This document shows, one piece after another, positions 31,491-41,781 of a DNA stretch of 64,000 nt. Position numbers and translations under genes: made by a program. Source of the DNA: a virus (lineage: Duplodnaviria > Caudoviricetes); IMG/VR virus record IMGVR_UViG_3300031992_000040, positions 32,001-96,000 of that record. One strand, 5' to 3'. Numbering within the stretch: position 1 is the first letter of the stretch; each line of letters begins with the position of its first letter. The notes beneath the pieces are model-generated. The model was not told the origin of the DNA. It did no database searches and saw only the letters and a list, made by a program, of their open reading frames with translations.

Positions 31491-32294
31491 ATGAAAAAAA
31501 GAATTTTCTTTTGTAGCGACATACACGGCAATTTCGATGCCCTGATTGAAGGGCTCGAAAAAGCCGGATATAAAGAAGATGACAAAAATAATTTACTTGT
31601 TGTTTTGGGAGACCTTTTTGATAGAGGAACAGATTCCTTGAGAGTTTATCAATATTTAAAAAGGTTATCAGATGAAAATAAAGCCATTATTACTATGGGA
31701 AATCATGAGGGATTTTTAATAAGATATTTAGATGGAACATCAATTTCTCCATTTAATTATTTAAGAAATGGAACAGATGAAACATTGGCTGATTTTTTGG
31801 GAAGAACAAAACCTTTTGAAAGTTGGTGTTTTATCGATAAAGAATTAGAATATCCTACAGACGAAAGTTTTGCTGAATGGATTTCTATTGCCAAAGATGA
31901 TATAAACAAAGAATATCCAGAATTATTATCTTGGTTAAAATCATTACCTAGATATTTTGAAAGTAAAAACTATATTGGTGTTCACGGAGCAATAGACACA
32001 AGGGCAGAAGATTGGCACAACCCTCATTGTATATTGTCGGGCTATGTCGATTGGGATGCTCTTGACTTTGATGATGGAACATTTTTTGGTAAAAATATCA
32101 ATAACACAGATAAAACTGTAGTAATTGGACACTTTGGAACCAGACATCTAAGAGAAATATATGGAATCTCAGATGGAAAAGAAGATAATGATATATTGAT
32201 TAGAGAGGATGGTAGAATTGTTGCTTTGGATGCAACAACAATATTAACTAACAAGATTAATGTTTTTGTTGTCGAAGACGAATTATTAGAATAA
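31491..32294 (+). CDS. Calcineurin-like metallophosphoesterase (NinI-like)
   Basis: DIHG, GDLFDRG, GNHE, VHG, GH motifs. Confidence 0.9.
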   Translation: MKKRIFFCSDIHGNFDALIEGLEKAGYKEDDKNNLLVVLGDLFDRGTDSLRVYQYLKRLSDENKAIITMGNHEGFLIRYLDGTSISPFNYLRNGTDETLADFLGRTKPFESWCFIDKELEYPTDESFAEWISIAKDDINKEYPELLSWLKSLPRYFESKNYIGVHGAIDTRAEDWHNPHCILSGYVDWDALDFDDGTFFGKNINNTDKTVVIGHFGTRHLREIYGISDGKEDNDILIREDGRIVALDATTILTNKINVFVVEDELLE

Positions 32295-32310
32295 AGGAGG
32301 GGAATTTTAA

Positions 32311-33197
32311 GTGGAAAAGGTTATTAAAAGAGACGGAAGAACAGAATTATTTGATAAAGAAAAGATAGTTAGAGCCGTAGAACTATCGTTTCAAGATATA
32401 GAGGGCGAAATATCTGAAAAGGCTCATCTTAAAGCTAGAGAAATTGCTAATTTTGTTAGCAATATAGAAGAAGATTTGTCGGTTGAACAAATCCAAGATA
32501 TTGTAGAAGAAAAATTAATGGCTAGTAATTATAAAAATATAGCCAGAAATTTTATAACCTACAGATATGAAAGAACAAAAGTAAGAGAAAGAAACTCCCA
32601 ATTTATGAAGGATGTTTCAGAAAAACTTGCGGCTTCTAATGTTCAAAATCAAAATGCAAATGTCGATGAATATTCTTTTGGTGGAAGAATGGGAGAAGCA
32701 AAAAATTCCCTTATGAAAAAAATTGCTCTTGATTATATAGTATCTGATATGTCAAGAGAAAATCATTTAAATAATGAAATTTATATACACGATTTGGATA
32801 GTTATGCGGTTGGTATGCATAATTGTTTAACAATACCATTTGACAAATTATTGAAAGAGGGGTTTAATACAAGACAAACAGATGTAAGACCAGCACGTTC
32901 AATTAATACTGCATTTCAATTAGTTGCAGTATTATTCCAATTACAATCACTTCAACAATTCGGAGGAGTAAGTGCTAGTCATTTAGACTGGACAATGGTT
33001 CCTTATGTTAGAATATCATTCAGGAAACATTTTAATGAAGGAATGGAATTTATTGAAGAAAGTGATTTAAGACAAGAATCAGATGAACTATCTATAGAAG
33101 ATGATTTTTATAAACAATATCCTAAAGTTTATAAATATGCTATGATAAAAACAGAAAAAGAATTGATGCAAGCAGTTCAAGGAATGTATCATAACCT
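32311..33197 (+). CDS. nrdD: Anaerobic ribonucleotide reductase, exon 1 (ATP cone)
   Basis: VIKRDG ATP cone, IYIHDLD, HNC, QFGG; ends in YHNL at intron. Confidence 0.92.
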
Positions 33198-34149
33198 TAA
33201 TTATTAGGGCGACTTAATAGCAATATTAAGAACTTAGTTATCTAAACGGGGAAACTCTCATCGAGACAATCCCGTGCTAAATTTGTATCATTAAAAAAAG
33301 AAAAAAGGTGGATAATATGTATTATGTTTATTTGCATAATAACAAAATAAATAATAAAAAATATATTGGTATAACCAAACAAAAACCAGAAAATAGATGG
33401 GGTTTAAATGGTTATAATTATAATAGCAGTCCATATTTCTATTCTGCTATACAGAAATATGGTTGGAATAATTTTGAACATATTATCTTATATGACAATT
33501 TAACAAAAGAGGAAGCGTGTAAAAAAGAAATAGAATTAATAAATAAATATAAAACGCAAAACAAAAAATATGGATATAATATAATGGAGGGTGGAAGCGC
33601 ACCTAGCTTACCAAAGGAAGTAAGAGATAAATTATCAAAAGCTTTAAAAGGTAATCAAAATGGTAAAGGTCATCCTTGCAATATAAATAAAAGAATAAAA
33701 ATAAGCGAAGCACAAAAAGGTAGAAAATTAACAGAAGAACATAAAAGAAAATTGTCATTAGCTGCAAGCAAAAGACACGTAGTATGTTCTAATAAAAAGA
33801 AAAGGCTTTTATCACAAAATTATCCACATAAAAAGAAAATATATTGTGTTGAAACAAACACTATATATGATTCGGTGCAAGAATGTGCTAGACAACTTAA
33901 TTTACACGCAACGAATGTCACAAAAGTATGTAAAAGTATTCATCATACAACTGGTGGCTATCATTTACAATATCATAATGATACAATAAATGCCTAACGA
34001 CTATCCACATAAAACGTGGAGTAGACTCAAGCGAGTCGAAATGGTAACCTCCTCGTTAGAGGATGAAGATATAGTCTAATCTTTATGGCGACATAAAGAA
34101 GTTCATAAGAGAACTGCATAAGATTAGCGACCTTATGTGAATATTAATG
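33198..34149 (+). mobile_element. Group I intron in nrdD
   Basis: P1 CCU/UAAUUAUUAGGG with U.G at 5' splice site; P/Q (AAACGGGGAA, AATCCCGTG), R (AACGACTA), S (AAGATATAGTC); ends in G34149; splicing restores YHNLNTLQSRSG in frame. Confidence 0.9.
33317..33997 (+). CDS. Intron-encoded GIY-YIG homing endonuclease with NUMOD-type DNA-binding modules
   Basis: YVY.H.N..N.K.YIGIT, E..LI, GYN..GG; KISE..KG and IY.S..ECAR.L repeats. Confidence 0.9.
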   Translation: MYYVYLHNNKINNKKYIGITKQKPENRWGLNGYNYNSSPYFYSAIQKYGWNNFEHIILYDNLTKEEACKKEIELINKYKTQNKKYGYNIMEGGSAPSLPKEVRDKLSKALKGNQNGKGHPCNINKRIKISEAQKGRKLTEEHKRKLSLAASKRHVVCSNKKKRLLSQNYPHKKKIYCVETNTIYDSVQECARQLNLHATNVTKVCKSIHHTTGGYHLQYHNDTINA

Positions 34150-35467
34150 TAATACATTACAATCAAGAAGCGGAAATCAACTTCCATTTACTTCTATTAA
34201 TTATGGAACTTGCACATTACCAGAAGGGAGAATGGTTATTAAAGCGTTGTTAGAAGGTTCGATTGAGGGAGTTGGTAAAGTTAGAAAAACTCCGATATTC
34301 CCTTGTGGTATATTCCAATGTATGAGGGACGTAAACAGAAAACCTGGAGACCCAAATTATGACTTATTCAAATTGGCATTAAAATCTACTTCAAAAAGAT
34401 TATATCCTAATTATGTTAATGTAGATTGGTCTACGAATGCAGGATATGATAAAAATGACCCTAAAACTTTTGTAAGCACTATGGGATGTAGAACATATAA
34501 TGGAGCCGACATTAATGCTGAAGAAGGAACTAATCCGCAAACAAAAGACGGCCGTGGAAATATTTGTCCGGTCACAATTATAATGCCTACGCTTGCAATG
34601 GAAGCCGATAGAGATATAGATAAATTTATGGAATTACTTGATAAAAAAATCGGAGAAGCAAAAGATATGCTTATTGAAAGATATAATTATATTTGTTCAC
34701 AAAGTCCTGAATCTGCTAAATTTATGTATGAAAATGGTTTAATGCTTGGTTATGATGGAAAAACAATAGAAAGTGCTATGAAGCACGGAACTTTAGCTCT
34801 TGGACAAATTGGTTTAGCTGAAACATTGCAAATTTTAATTGGAAAAGACCATACAACACCTGAAGGTATGAAGCTTGCTAAAAGAATAGAACAATTATTC
34901 AAGGATAGATGTGCTGAATTTAAAAAGAAATATAAATTAAATATTGGAGTATATTATACACCAGCAGAAAATTTATGTTATACTGCTATGAAAAAGTTTA
35001 AATCTCAATATGGAGAGATTGAAAATGTTTCAGATAGAGAATACTTTACAAATTCAATTCACGTTCCTGTTTGGATTAAAATGTCGCCATTTGAAAAAAT
35101 CGACATAGAAAGTCAATTAACTGGTTATTCAAACGCCGGTTGTATCACTTATGTAGAATTAGATAGCGGCGTTCAAAACAATCTTGATGCCTTAGAAGAA
35201 TTAGTTAATTATGCTATGGATAAAGATATACCTTATTTTGCAATTAATGTGCCAAATGATACTTGTTTAGATTGTGGATATACGGATGAATTTAATACTG
35301 AATGTCCTATGTGCCATAGTAATCATATACAACAGTTGAGGAGAGTTACGGGGTATTTAACAGGGGATTATAAAACGGCATTTAATTATGGTAAACAAAA
35401 AGAAGTCGAAGATAGATATAAACACAGTCATAAAATGAAGAATTGGAACAAAAATAATGAGATATAA
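34150..35467 (+). CDS. nrdD: Anaerobic ribonucleotide reductase, exon 2
   Basis: PFTSINYG, MGCRT, GRGN, TPAE, YFTNS, CxxC..CxxC, glycyl radical RRVTGYL. Confidence 0.93.
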
Positions 35468-35951
35468 TTCAATAGATAAATGTGAAGCTATTAACGGCGA
35501 AGGATTTGGGGTATCTTTGTATACACAAGGATGCCCTTACCACTGTTTAGGTTGTTTTAATCCTGAAACCTGGGATTTTGATAAAGGTAAAGAATGGACT
35601 CAGCAAGAAGAAGACTTAATTATAGAATTTTTAAAACCAGATTATATCAAAAGATTAACAATTCTGGGTGGAGAGCCACTCATAGAACGCAATATTGAGC
35701 CGTTGACGGCACTTTTGAGAAGGGTTAAATATATTTATCCAAATAAGAAAATATGGCTTTATACGGGCAGTAATTTTGAATTTGAAAGCATTAGATGTGA
35801 TAATTTAATAGAGCACACCGACATAGTGATAGATGGACAATTCAAAAAAGAATTAAGAGATATAACTTTAAAATGGAGAGGTTCATCTAATCAAAGAGTT
35901 ATAGATGTTCAAAAAAGTTTAAAAGAAGGAGAAACAATATTATATGAATAA
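35457..35951 (+). CDS. nrdG: Anaerobic RNR activating radical SAM enzyme
   Basis: NGEG..VSL..QGC..HC.GCFN, LGGEP, WRGSSNQ. Confidence 0.93.
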   Translation: MRYNSIDKCEAINGEGFGVSLYTQGCPYHCLGCFNPETWDFDKGKEWTQQEEDLIIEFLKPDYIKRLTILGGEPLIERNIEPLTALLRRVKYIYPNKKIWLYTGSNFEFESIRCDNLIEHTDIVIDGQFKKELRDITLKWRGSSNQRVIDVQKSLKEGETILYE

Positions 35952-36111
35952 TTTAGTAAGCATATTAAAAATAGTATTTCCAGCACTAATGGTCACTGGT
36001 GCATTAGGAAGTTTAATCACAAATATAGCAACCAAAGGAAATTGGCCAACATCATTACAATGGTTTGGAGCAGCACTATTATATACGGCATTGTTGTTCA
36101 GAAATAAATAA
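35944..36111 (+). CDS. 55-aa two-TM membrane protein (not in ORF track)
   Basis: [25 protein letters not shown]...[16 protein letters not shown]; AAGGAG upstream; fills nrdG-dut gap. Confidence 0.6.
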   Translation: MNNLVSILKIVFPALMVTGALGSLITNIATKGNWPTSLQWFGAALLYTALLFRNK

Positions 36112-36127
36112 AAAGGAGAAAATAATT

Positions 36128-36553
36128 ATGGAAATTAAAATAAAATATTTTGCAGACATTGAAAAAATCGAAAAGATTGAAAAAGGAGACTGGATTGATT
36201 TAAGAGCAGCAGAAGATATAGAAATGGTTGCTGGAGATTATAAATTAATTCCTCTTGGAATTGGTATGATATTGCCAGAAGGATATGAAGCTCATATCGT
36301 TCCAAGAAGCTCTACATTTAAAAATTGGAAAATTTTGCAAACTAACTCTATGGGCGTAATAGACAATTCATATTCAGGAGAAAACGACCAATGGATGTTT
36401 CCTGCTCTTGCAGCAGATGATACAGTAATACATAAAAATGATAGAATTTGTCAATTTAGAATAGTAGAAAAACAACCAGAAATAGAATTTACAGAAGTAG
36501 AACATCTTAATGAAGAAGATAGAGGAGGATTTGGCTCTACTGGCGAAAATTAA
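36128..36553 (+). CDS. dut: Trimeric dUTPase
   Basis: [28 protein letters not shown]; start at ATG after AAGGAG. Confidence 0.92.
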   Translation: MEIKIKYFADIEKIEKIEKGDWIDLRAAEDIEMVAGDYKLIPLGIGMILPEGYEAHIVPRSSTFKNWKILQTNSMGVIDNSYSGENDQWMFPALAADDTVIHKNDRICQFRIVEKQPEIEFTEVEHLNEEDRGGFGSTGEN

Positions 36554-36555
36554 TA

Positions 36556-36584
36556 TTGACCACAAAAACCCCTTGTGATATAAT
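36556..36584 (+). promoter_or_regulatory. sigmaA promoter with extended -10
   Basis: TTGACC-17-TATAAT, TGn before -10. Confidence 0.75.
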
Positions 36585-36604
36585 TGTATCAAGGAGGGTA
36601 GATT

Positions 36605-36997
36605 ATGGAAAATACTTTAAATATAGTTAGACTTGTATTTTATTGTGCTTTTATCTTATTTATTGTTATTAGTTTGATTTGGAAAATAATAGACAGATAT
36701 AGAGAAAAGCAAGCTGATAAAGCAGCCGAAAAATTTTTTGATGAAATACATCAAGGAATAAATAAGTGGAAAGAAGAAATAACTAAACCAAAAGTTAAAA
36801 GGCCAAGAAAATCAAAACAATCAGGTGCGAAAGTAGTAAAGATAAAAGCAAAAGAGCCAAAAATTGTAGTTGATTATTCAGCGAAGAATATGAAAGAACT
36901 TAGGTCTATTGCCAAAGAAAAAGGGGTTAAAAACCCTACTACACTTAATAAAGCAAGTTTAATTAAAGCAATAGAGGAAAAAGATAATGAAAAATAA
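36605..36997 (+). CDS. N-terminal TM protein with C-terminal Rho_N-like helical domain
   Basis: TM at aa ~7-29; KELRSIAKEKGV....LNKASLIKAI. Confidence 0.65.
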   Translation: MENTLNIVRLVFYCAFILFIVISLIWKIIDRYREKQADKAAEKFFDEIHQGINKWKEEITKPKVKRPRKSKQSGAKVVKIKAKEPKIVVDYSAKNMKELRSIAKEKGVKNPTTLNKASLIKAIEEKDNEK

Positions 36998-37340
36998 AGA
37001 AGAAATAAAAAAGGAATTAGACCTTTATACAAACTTAGCTAAGGCCGTTAAAGAAGGCCTTGTTGTTTCTATGTTTTTGGATATCGTAGCATATATGGTT
37101 GAAGAAACAGATGATGGCAAAAAAAGTTTTGAAAAAATTGATAAACTTTATAACGATGCTAAAAATGAACTAGAAAAGGTCGATTTAAAAAACATTGAAA
37201 TAAGAGACTCTGATAAACTCGTTGAGTCATTTAAAGAGCAATTAAATACTTATGAAAGACGCTTTTCAGAATGCATTGGTTCTATAAAAGTAACTCAATG
37301 GATTTTAGGAGAAGAAGAAAAAACGAAAGAGGACGAATAG
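36987..37340 (+). CDS. Hypothetical protein
   Basis: ORF in operon. Confidence 0.55.
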   Translation: MKNKEEIKKELDLYTNLAKAVKEGLVVSMFLDIVAYMVEETDDGKKSFEKIDKLYNDAKNELEKVDLKNIEIRDSDKLVESFKEQLNTYERRFSECIGSIKVTQWILGEEEKTKEDE

Positions 37341-37354
37341 TCCTCTTTTTTTTT
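37326..37354 (+). terminator. Intrinsic terminator
   Basis: AAAGAGGAC-GAATA-GTCCTCTTT plus T tract. Confidence 0.85.
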
Positions 37355-37364
37355 ACGCTTTTAC

Positions 37365-37393
37365 TTGACATCTCAAGGTGGGTTTATTATAAT
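37365..37393 (+). promoter_or_regulatory. Consensus sigmaA promoter
   Basis: TTGACA-17-TATAAT, then AAGGAGG RBS. Confidence 0.85.
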
Positions 37394-37413
37394 TAAATTA
37401 AAGGAGGTATACT

Positions 37414-37713
37414 ATGGAAACGCCAAGTAAAGAATCAATGTTAATACATCAAATGTCACATTTTGAGTCGATTTTAAACGAAATGGCAGGAAGTTATTAT
37501 AGTCTTGCTAAAAAAAGAATATTTGATGAAGAAATGGATAGAGATAAATATATGGTTTATGATATGGTAGATATGCTTATACATTTAAATGCGGCTTTAG
37601 GAGAGGCAACAAAAGAAAATATTTATCCTGATTATATGGTTGAAAAATTATCAAAAGTTAAGTCATATATTGATACGACATTGCATTATTTTGAAGAAAG
37701 GGCAAAAAAATAA
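37414..37713 (+). CDS. Hypothetical protein
   Basis: Strong RBS. Confidence 0.6.
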   Translation: METPSKESMLIHQMSHFESILNEMAGSYYSLAKKRIFDEEMDRDKYMVYDMVDMLIHLNAALGEATKENIYPDYMVEKLSKVKSYIDTTLHYFEERAKK

Positions 37714-38279
37714 TGAAAATAACAAAAGATATGAAAGTTGGAGACATTTATTTAAATCCTGTTGCTGCGGATTTATGGATTTTAAGAAAAGGTTTTCCAA
37801 ATGATTATGATAATGAAGAATGGGTTTTAAGTTTAGTTCACACTGATTATGAAGAAGAATATTTGGCTGTTAAAGATTTTGTTAAACTCGGAAATATTTA
37901 TGAAATAATAAGCGGATGGTCTGAAGAAAGATTTTTAGAAGATTATAAAGAAAATTATAACAGATTTTGGAAACAAATTGTTGAAAATGAAGATGGAACT
38001 TTAAATAAAGACCAAGTTATGAGAGAACTCTGTGATTATTCTATGGTGTTAGATAATTGTGCTCAAGCATATAGCAAAATGACAAATAATATGGTATCAA
38101 AACAAAATACAAAGTTTTCTGCCGTAGAAGAAATATTTGATACTTGCTATTTAGACCGAGATATAACAACTGATGATATTTGTGATATGATTGAAAACAA
38201 CAATGATATTAATGAATTAAAAAGCGAATTAAAAAAATATTTTGGAATAATGGAGTCTAACAATGAAAATAATAAGTAA
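37713..38279 (+). CDS. Hypothetical protein
   Basis: Coupled ORF. Confidence 0.6.
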   Translation: MKITKDMKVGDIYLNPVAADLWILRKGFPNDYDNEEWVLSLVHTDYEEEYLAVKDFVKLGNIYEIISGWSEERFLEDYKENYNRFWKQIVENEDGTLNKDQVMRELCDYSMVLDNCAQAYSKMTNNMVSKQNTKFSAVEEIFDTCYLDRDITTDDICDMIENNNDINELKSELKKYFGIMESNNENNK

Positions 38280-38472
38280 TAAAGAATATCAAAAACTTAA
38301 AGAAACAAGCGAAAAATACGATTTATTAATGGGACAAACAGTGACTTTTTGGACAGGAGAAAGAAGTAGATATAAAGCTCTTCTAACTCTATCAAAAGAG
38401 GAATTAGTTCGCAGAATAATGGATATGAATAATTATATTTGTCAAACAATACGAAAGAAAGGAGGTATATAA
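38263..38472 (+). CDS. Hypothetical protein
   Basis: Coupled ORF, GGAG RBS. Confidence 0.5.
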   Translation: MKIISNKEYQKLKETSEKYDLLMGQTVTFWTGERSRYKALLTLSKEELVRRIMDMNNYICQTIRKKGGI

Positions 38473-38888
38473 TGTATTTAAGAATACTGCCAATGTCTAA
38501 CCTCGACAAAGAATTTGCTGGGAAAACAATATCCGAAATTCAACAAGATTTTTTTGAAAATCATTTAAAGATTAATGAGGAATATTTATATCAAAAAAAT
38601 GGGCTTGATGCAGAAGATGGAGATATGGTTTTATTCCAAATGGAAAGCCAAATAATTGCTATGGCTAAAATTAAAAGTATTATTTCTTTTGAGGAACCAA
38701 CAAAAGAAGATGGAAACTATGGAGCCATTATGTTTAGAGGAAACACAGTAAAAACTTTTAAACCAATAAACGCAGAGGAGCTACAAAAATATATTCCTAC
38801 ATTTAAAAGATTTTCACAAGTTAAACACAGATTTAAATTGGGAGAAGTAAAATTAGATGAATTATTAGATAGGATGGAAATAAAATGA
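38472..38888 (+). CDS. Hypothetical protein, possible EVE/PUA-like fold
   Basis: GDMVLFQ....IIA.A.I pattern; AAGGAGG RBS. Confidence 0.45.
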   Translation: MYLRILPMSNLDKEFAGKTISEIQQDFFENHLKINEEYLYQKNGLDAEDGDMVLFQMESQIIAMAKIKSIISFEEPTKEDGNYGAIMFRGNTVKTFKPINAEELQKYIPTFKRFSQVKHRFKLGEVKLDELLDRMEIK

Positions 38889-39196
38889 TAAGATTAAAAA
38901 AGAAAAATAGGGAATGTTGGGTATTAAATTATGAGTCTATAAAATGGTTGAAAGAGCATTTTGAAATTTATAAAGAGGATGCTTCTAGGATAGTAAAATT
39001 AGATTATCATAAGTTTAAATACAAAAATAAAGAATATACACAGATAGAAATTATCAATATGATAATAATATTGTGCACTGAATTATTACGTATTATGGAA
39101 GAAAATAATTACAGTAAATCTGGAACTAAAGCTGAAAAAATTAAAAATGAAATTTTTGATTTATATAAACTTGTATTCTGGGTTATGTGGTGGTAA
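38885..39196 (+). CDS. Hypothetical protein
   Basis: ATGA overlap. Confidence 0.55.
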   Translation: MIRLKKKNRECWVLNYESIKWLKEHFEIYKEDASRIVKLDYHKFKYKNKEYTQIEIINMIIILCTELLRIMEENNYSKSGTKAEKIKNEIFDLYKLVFWVMWW

Positions 39197-39214
39197 TAAA
39201 GAGGGGGTGATATA

Positions 39215-39511
39215 ATGGAAAATAAGTTAAAACAATGTATAATAGATTATATTTTAGATTTAAAACAAAAAGGATTTTCTTATAATGAAATAATGAAATC
39301 GGTTAATAAAATATTTTCACAAGTAAAAACAACCGTTGAGAAAGCAAATAAAGAATTGTGTTGTATTTGCGGAAAAAGAATAGAGGGATTTGGGAATAAT
39401 GCTCAACCTATTGCAGACGGAAGATGTTGTGATGATTGTAATAGAGCTGTAATCAACGCAAAATTTGATAAAATTTTCTCAGATGGAGATGCCGTTAATG
39501 AGAACGTGTAA
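39215..39511 (+). CDS. Zn-finger hypothetical protein
   Basis: CCICG....GNNA.P...GRCCD.CN. Confidence 0.65.
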   Translation: MENKLKQCIIDYILDLKQKGFSYNEIMKSVNKIFSQVKTTVEKANKELCCICGKRIEGFGNNAQPIADGRCCDDCNRAVINAKFDKIFSDGDAVNENV

Positions 39512-39929
39512 ATTATGTAAAAATAAGTTTGGACAAAAAGGATATTATTGCCCTTCTTGTTATGCATATTTAAGAATACACCCAGAAGGAGTTTATGAAT
39601 TGCCTAATGCTGGAGAAATAAGAAGGGCATCAAATGGAGACCCTATCTGTCATATTTGTGGCATGGCTTATAGAAAGTTAGGTAATCATATCGCTTTTAA
39701 ACATCATATGACACAAAATGAATATAGAGATATGTTTAAATTATATCATAATACTAAGTTATCAAATTATGAATATATTAATAAAATGTCACAATATAAT
39801 AACATTTATAAAGACATTGTTGTTAAAGAAAATTTAATAAAAGGCGGAAAGAAAACAAGGATTACTCCTGAAATGCAGAATATGCCAAAAAGAAAATATG
39901 GCAGAGCAATTTCAGAAAAAACTGTTTAA
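39498..39929 (+). CDS. Zn-finger protein (C2H2/MucR-like segment)
   Basis: CxxC..CxxC and CHICG....L..HI...H.M...EY. Confidence 0.6.
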   Translation: MRTCKLCKNKFGQKGYYCPSCYAYLRIHPEGVYELPNAGEIRRASNGDPICHICGMAYRKLGNHIAFKHHMTQNEYRDMFKLYHNTKLSNYEYINKMSQYNNIYKDIVVKENLIKGGKKTRITPEMQNMPKRKYGRAISEKTV

Positions 39930-39981
39930 TTTTCACCACAAAATATTCTTTAACGATATTTACTGGAGAAAAAAAAGAGGT

Positions 39982-41613
39982 TTATGCCTCTTTTTTATTT
40001 TCTTTATTATCCCATTGTTTAATTAGTTCTGATGCAAATAATAATTCTTTTCCTGTCCATCCGTATAGAACGGCTCCTCTATAAATATATTCTGGTATTA
40101 AAGCATTATTATATCCTGCTGTTTGTATCATAAACACGTTTACTTTTGGATTCACTTCTGCCCTATATTTATTGATTAACTTCATTACATCGACATATTT
40201 ACCACTGTTATAGTTTGTTCCGTCTATAATATAATCATCCGTTTTACCATACAAACCACCGTGTCCAGCTTGTTGGTCTGAATAAATAAATATATTATCA
40301 TACCAGGTTTTTTCTCTTATTGCTGAAAGGAAGAACAACCAAATACCATTTTCTGTGCCCATACCGATTCCTTGACGAGATTCTTCTGATATTTTTTTTG
40401 CCTCAGACAGTATACCATTTTTCTTTAATATAGAGTATTCTTTTAATCTATCTCCGAATGCTCCAACATATCCTTCATCACTTCTATGAGCAACCATTAC
40501 AGAACTTAAATTACCTATTTCCGCTACTGTTACACTTCCGTATTCACTAGGTATTGCTCCCCAAGCACTTCCAGAATTGTCTGATAAACACATTGTTTTA
40601 CCTTTTAACATAGGAAGTTCCCTAGAACTAATATCTATACAATCTTCTAAAGCATCCATAATGCTAGCTTTAAAATTAATTTCACTATTTGAACATTTTT
40701 CAATTCTTTGTAATGCCGTATAGTATCTAAAAGGAAATTGTTTACCCTTCTTAACCCCGCTCTTTAATTTTGCTAATATATTATCTTTTTCTGATAAATC
40801 ATCAATCTCTTTAAATATATTCTTTAAATTTCTTAGCAAGGCCATATGGGGCATATCAATAGTTCTCAATATTTCTTTAAAAGATTTTCCTTCAGAACGT
40901 AAGTTTTCCCAGGTCTTATCTTCTTCTTCAATTTCTATTGTTCCCGTAGTCATCAATTCATTTATTGCTGAATTCTTTGCGTGACAAATTCTTATTACAT
41001 CTATAAGCCCAATATCTTTATTTTTATATTTTGCAATCTCATATTTTGTCATCTTTTCAATTCTATCAGCCCAAGAACGCTTTAATATTGATGGGATTTT
41101 ATTTTTAGATTTATTATAATATAAGTAAAAAGAAAGTTGAGACGCAGGTTCATCGGCTCTGGCCATAATTTCGCAATTTAATTGTCTAAATAATGATGGA
41201 TTTTCTTTTGAAAATTCTTCTCTTTTTGGATTTATTGCGGCTAAAACCATTATTACTTGTGGGTTTAATCTCATATAAAAGTTATTACGCAATTCTTTTG
41301 CCCACTCAATAGTTCCCATAAAATCATATTCTAATGAGTCTTCAATGGCCATAATCATTATTTCAGAAGTGGTCTTATTATCTGGAAATAAAAATAAACC
41401 ATAATCTTCTACCAATCTATGATATTTAAATTTACCATCTCTAATACCAGAATTTCTATAATAAGCAGGCTCTCCAAATATTGAAGATGCTGAAATCATT
41501 TTTAATGTTTCAAGCGGGTCAAGCTGATAAGATACGCCACCCATAAAGTTTTCTACGGGTTTTTCTTTTCTAACCTTATCTTCCCAATCTACAATTTTGC
41601 TTATTTTACTCAT
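39982..41613 (-). CDS. rsr: Ro60/Rsr TROVE-domain RNA-binding protein with vWA domain
   Basis: N..GG..Y, R...MR..P, RADE, YEIAKY, MALLRNL, QFPFRY, MIDAS-like SDNSGS, YSD.Q, YGW; 543 aa. Confidence 0.9.
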   Translation of the reverse strand: MSKISKIVDWEDKVRKEKPVENFMGGVSYQLDPLETLKMISASSIFGEPAYYRNSGIRDGKFKYHRLVEDYGLFLFPDNKTTSEIMIMAIEDSLEYDFMGTIEWAKELRNNFYMRLNPQVIMVLAAINPKREEFSKENPSLFRQLNCEIMARADEPASQLSFYLYYNKSKNKIPSILKRSWADRIEKMTKYEIAKYKNKDIGLIDVIRICHAKNSAINELMTTGTIEIEEEDKTWENLRSEGKSFKEILRTIDMPHMALLRNLKNIFKEIDDLSEKDNILAKLKSGVKKGKQFPFRYYTALQRIEKCSNSEINFKASIMDALEDCIDISSRELPMLKGKTMCLSDNSGSAWGAIPSEYGSVTVAEIGNLSSVMVAHRSDEGYVGAFGDRLKEYSILKKNGILSEAKKISEESRQGIGMGTENGIWLFFLSAIREKTWYDNIFIYSDQQAGHGGLYGKTDDYIIDGTNYNSGKYVDVMKLINKYRAEVNPKVNVFMIQTAGYNNALIPEYIYRGAVLYGWTGKELLFASELIKQWDNKENKKEA

Positions 41614-41639
41614 ATAAATCTACCTCTTTCTAAAATAAA

Positions 41640-41763
41640 GACTCTTGAGAATAACTTAAAGACGAAATATAAGCCCTTTATATCACGGAGATATGAGCTC
41701 TAATTAAAATCCTTTTTACTAATTTACCAAAATCGAAGTATGTCTTTAACCGCTTCAAGAGTC
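41640..41763 (-). ncRNA. Candidate Ro-associated (Y-like) RNA, copy 1
   Basis: Terminal stem GACUCUUGA/UCAAGAGUC, loop AGCGG/GUUAUUC, stem UUAAAGAC/GUCUUUAA, UACUUCG motif; directly 5' of Ro60 gene. Confidence 0.65.
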
Positions 41764-41781
41764 ATTTAATTTTTCATTTTT

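Noticed and set aside
32311-35467. nrdD as a pseudogene or two separate genes
   Set aside because: Group I intron signatures are present and splicing restores the frame
344-38509. Numerous short - strand and nested ORFs in the track across the + strand arm (and + strand ones in the - arm)
   Set aside because: Shadow ORFs of longer genes with recognisable motifs
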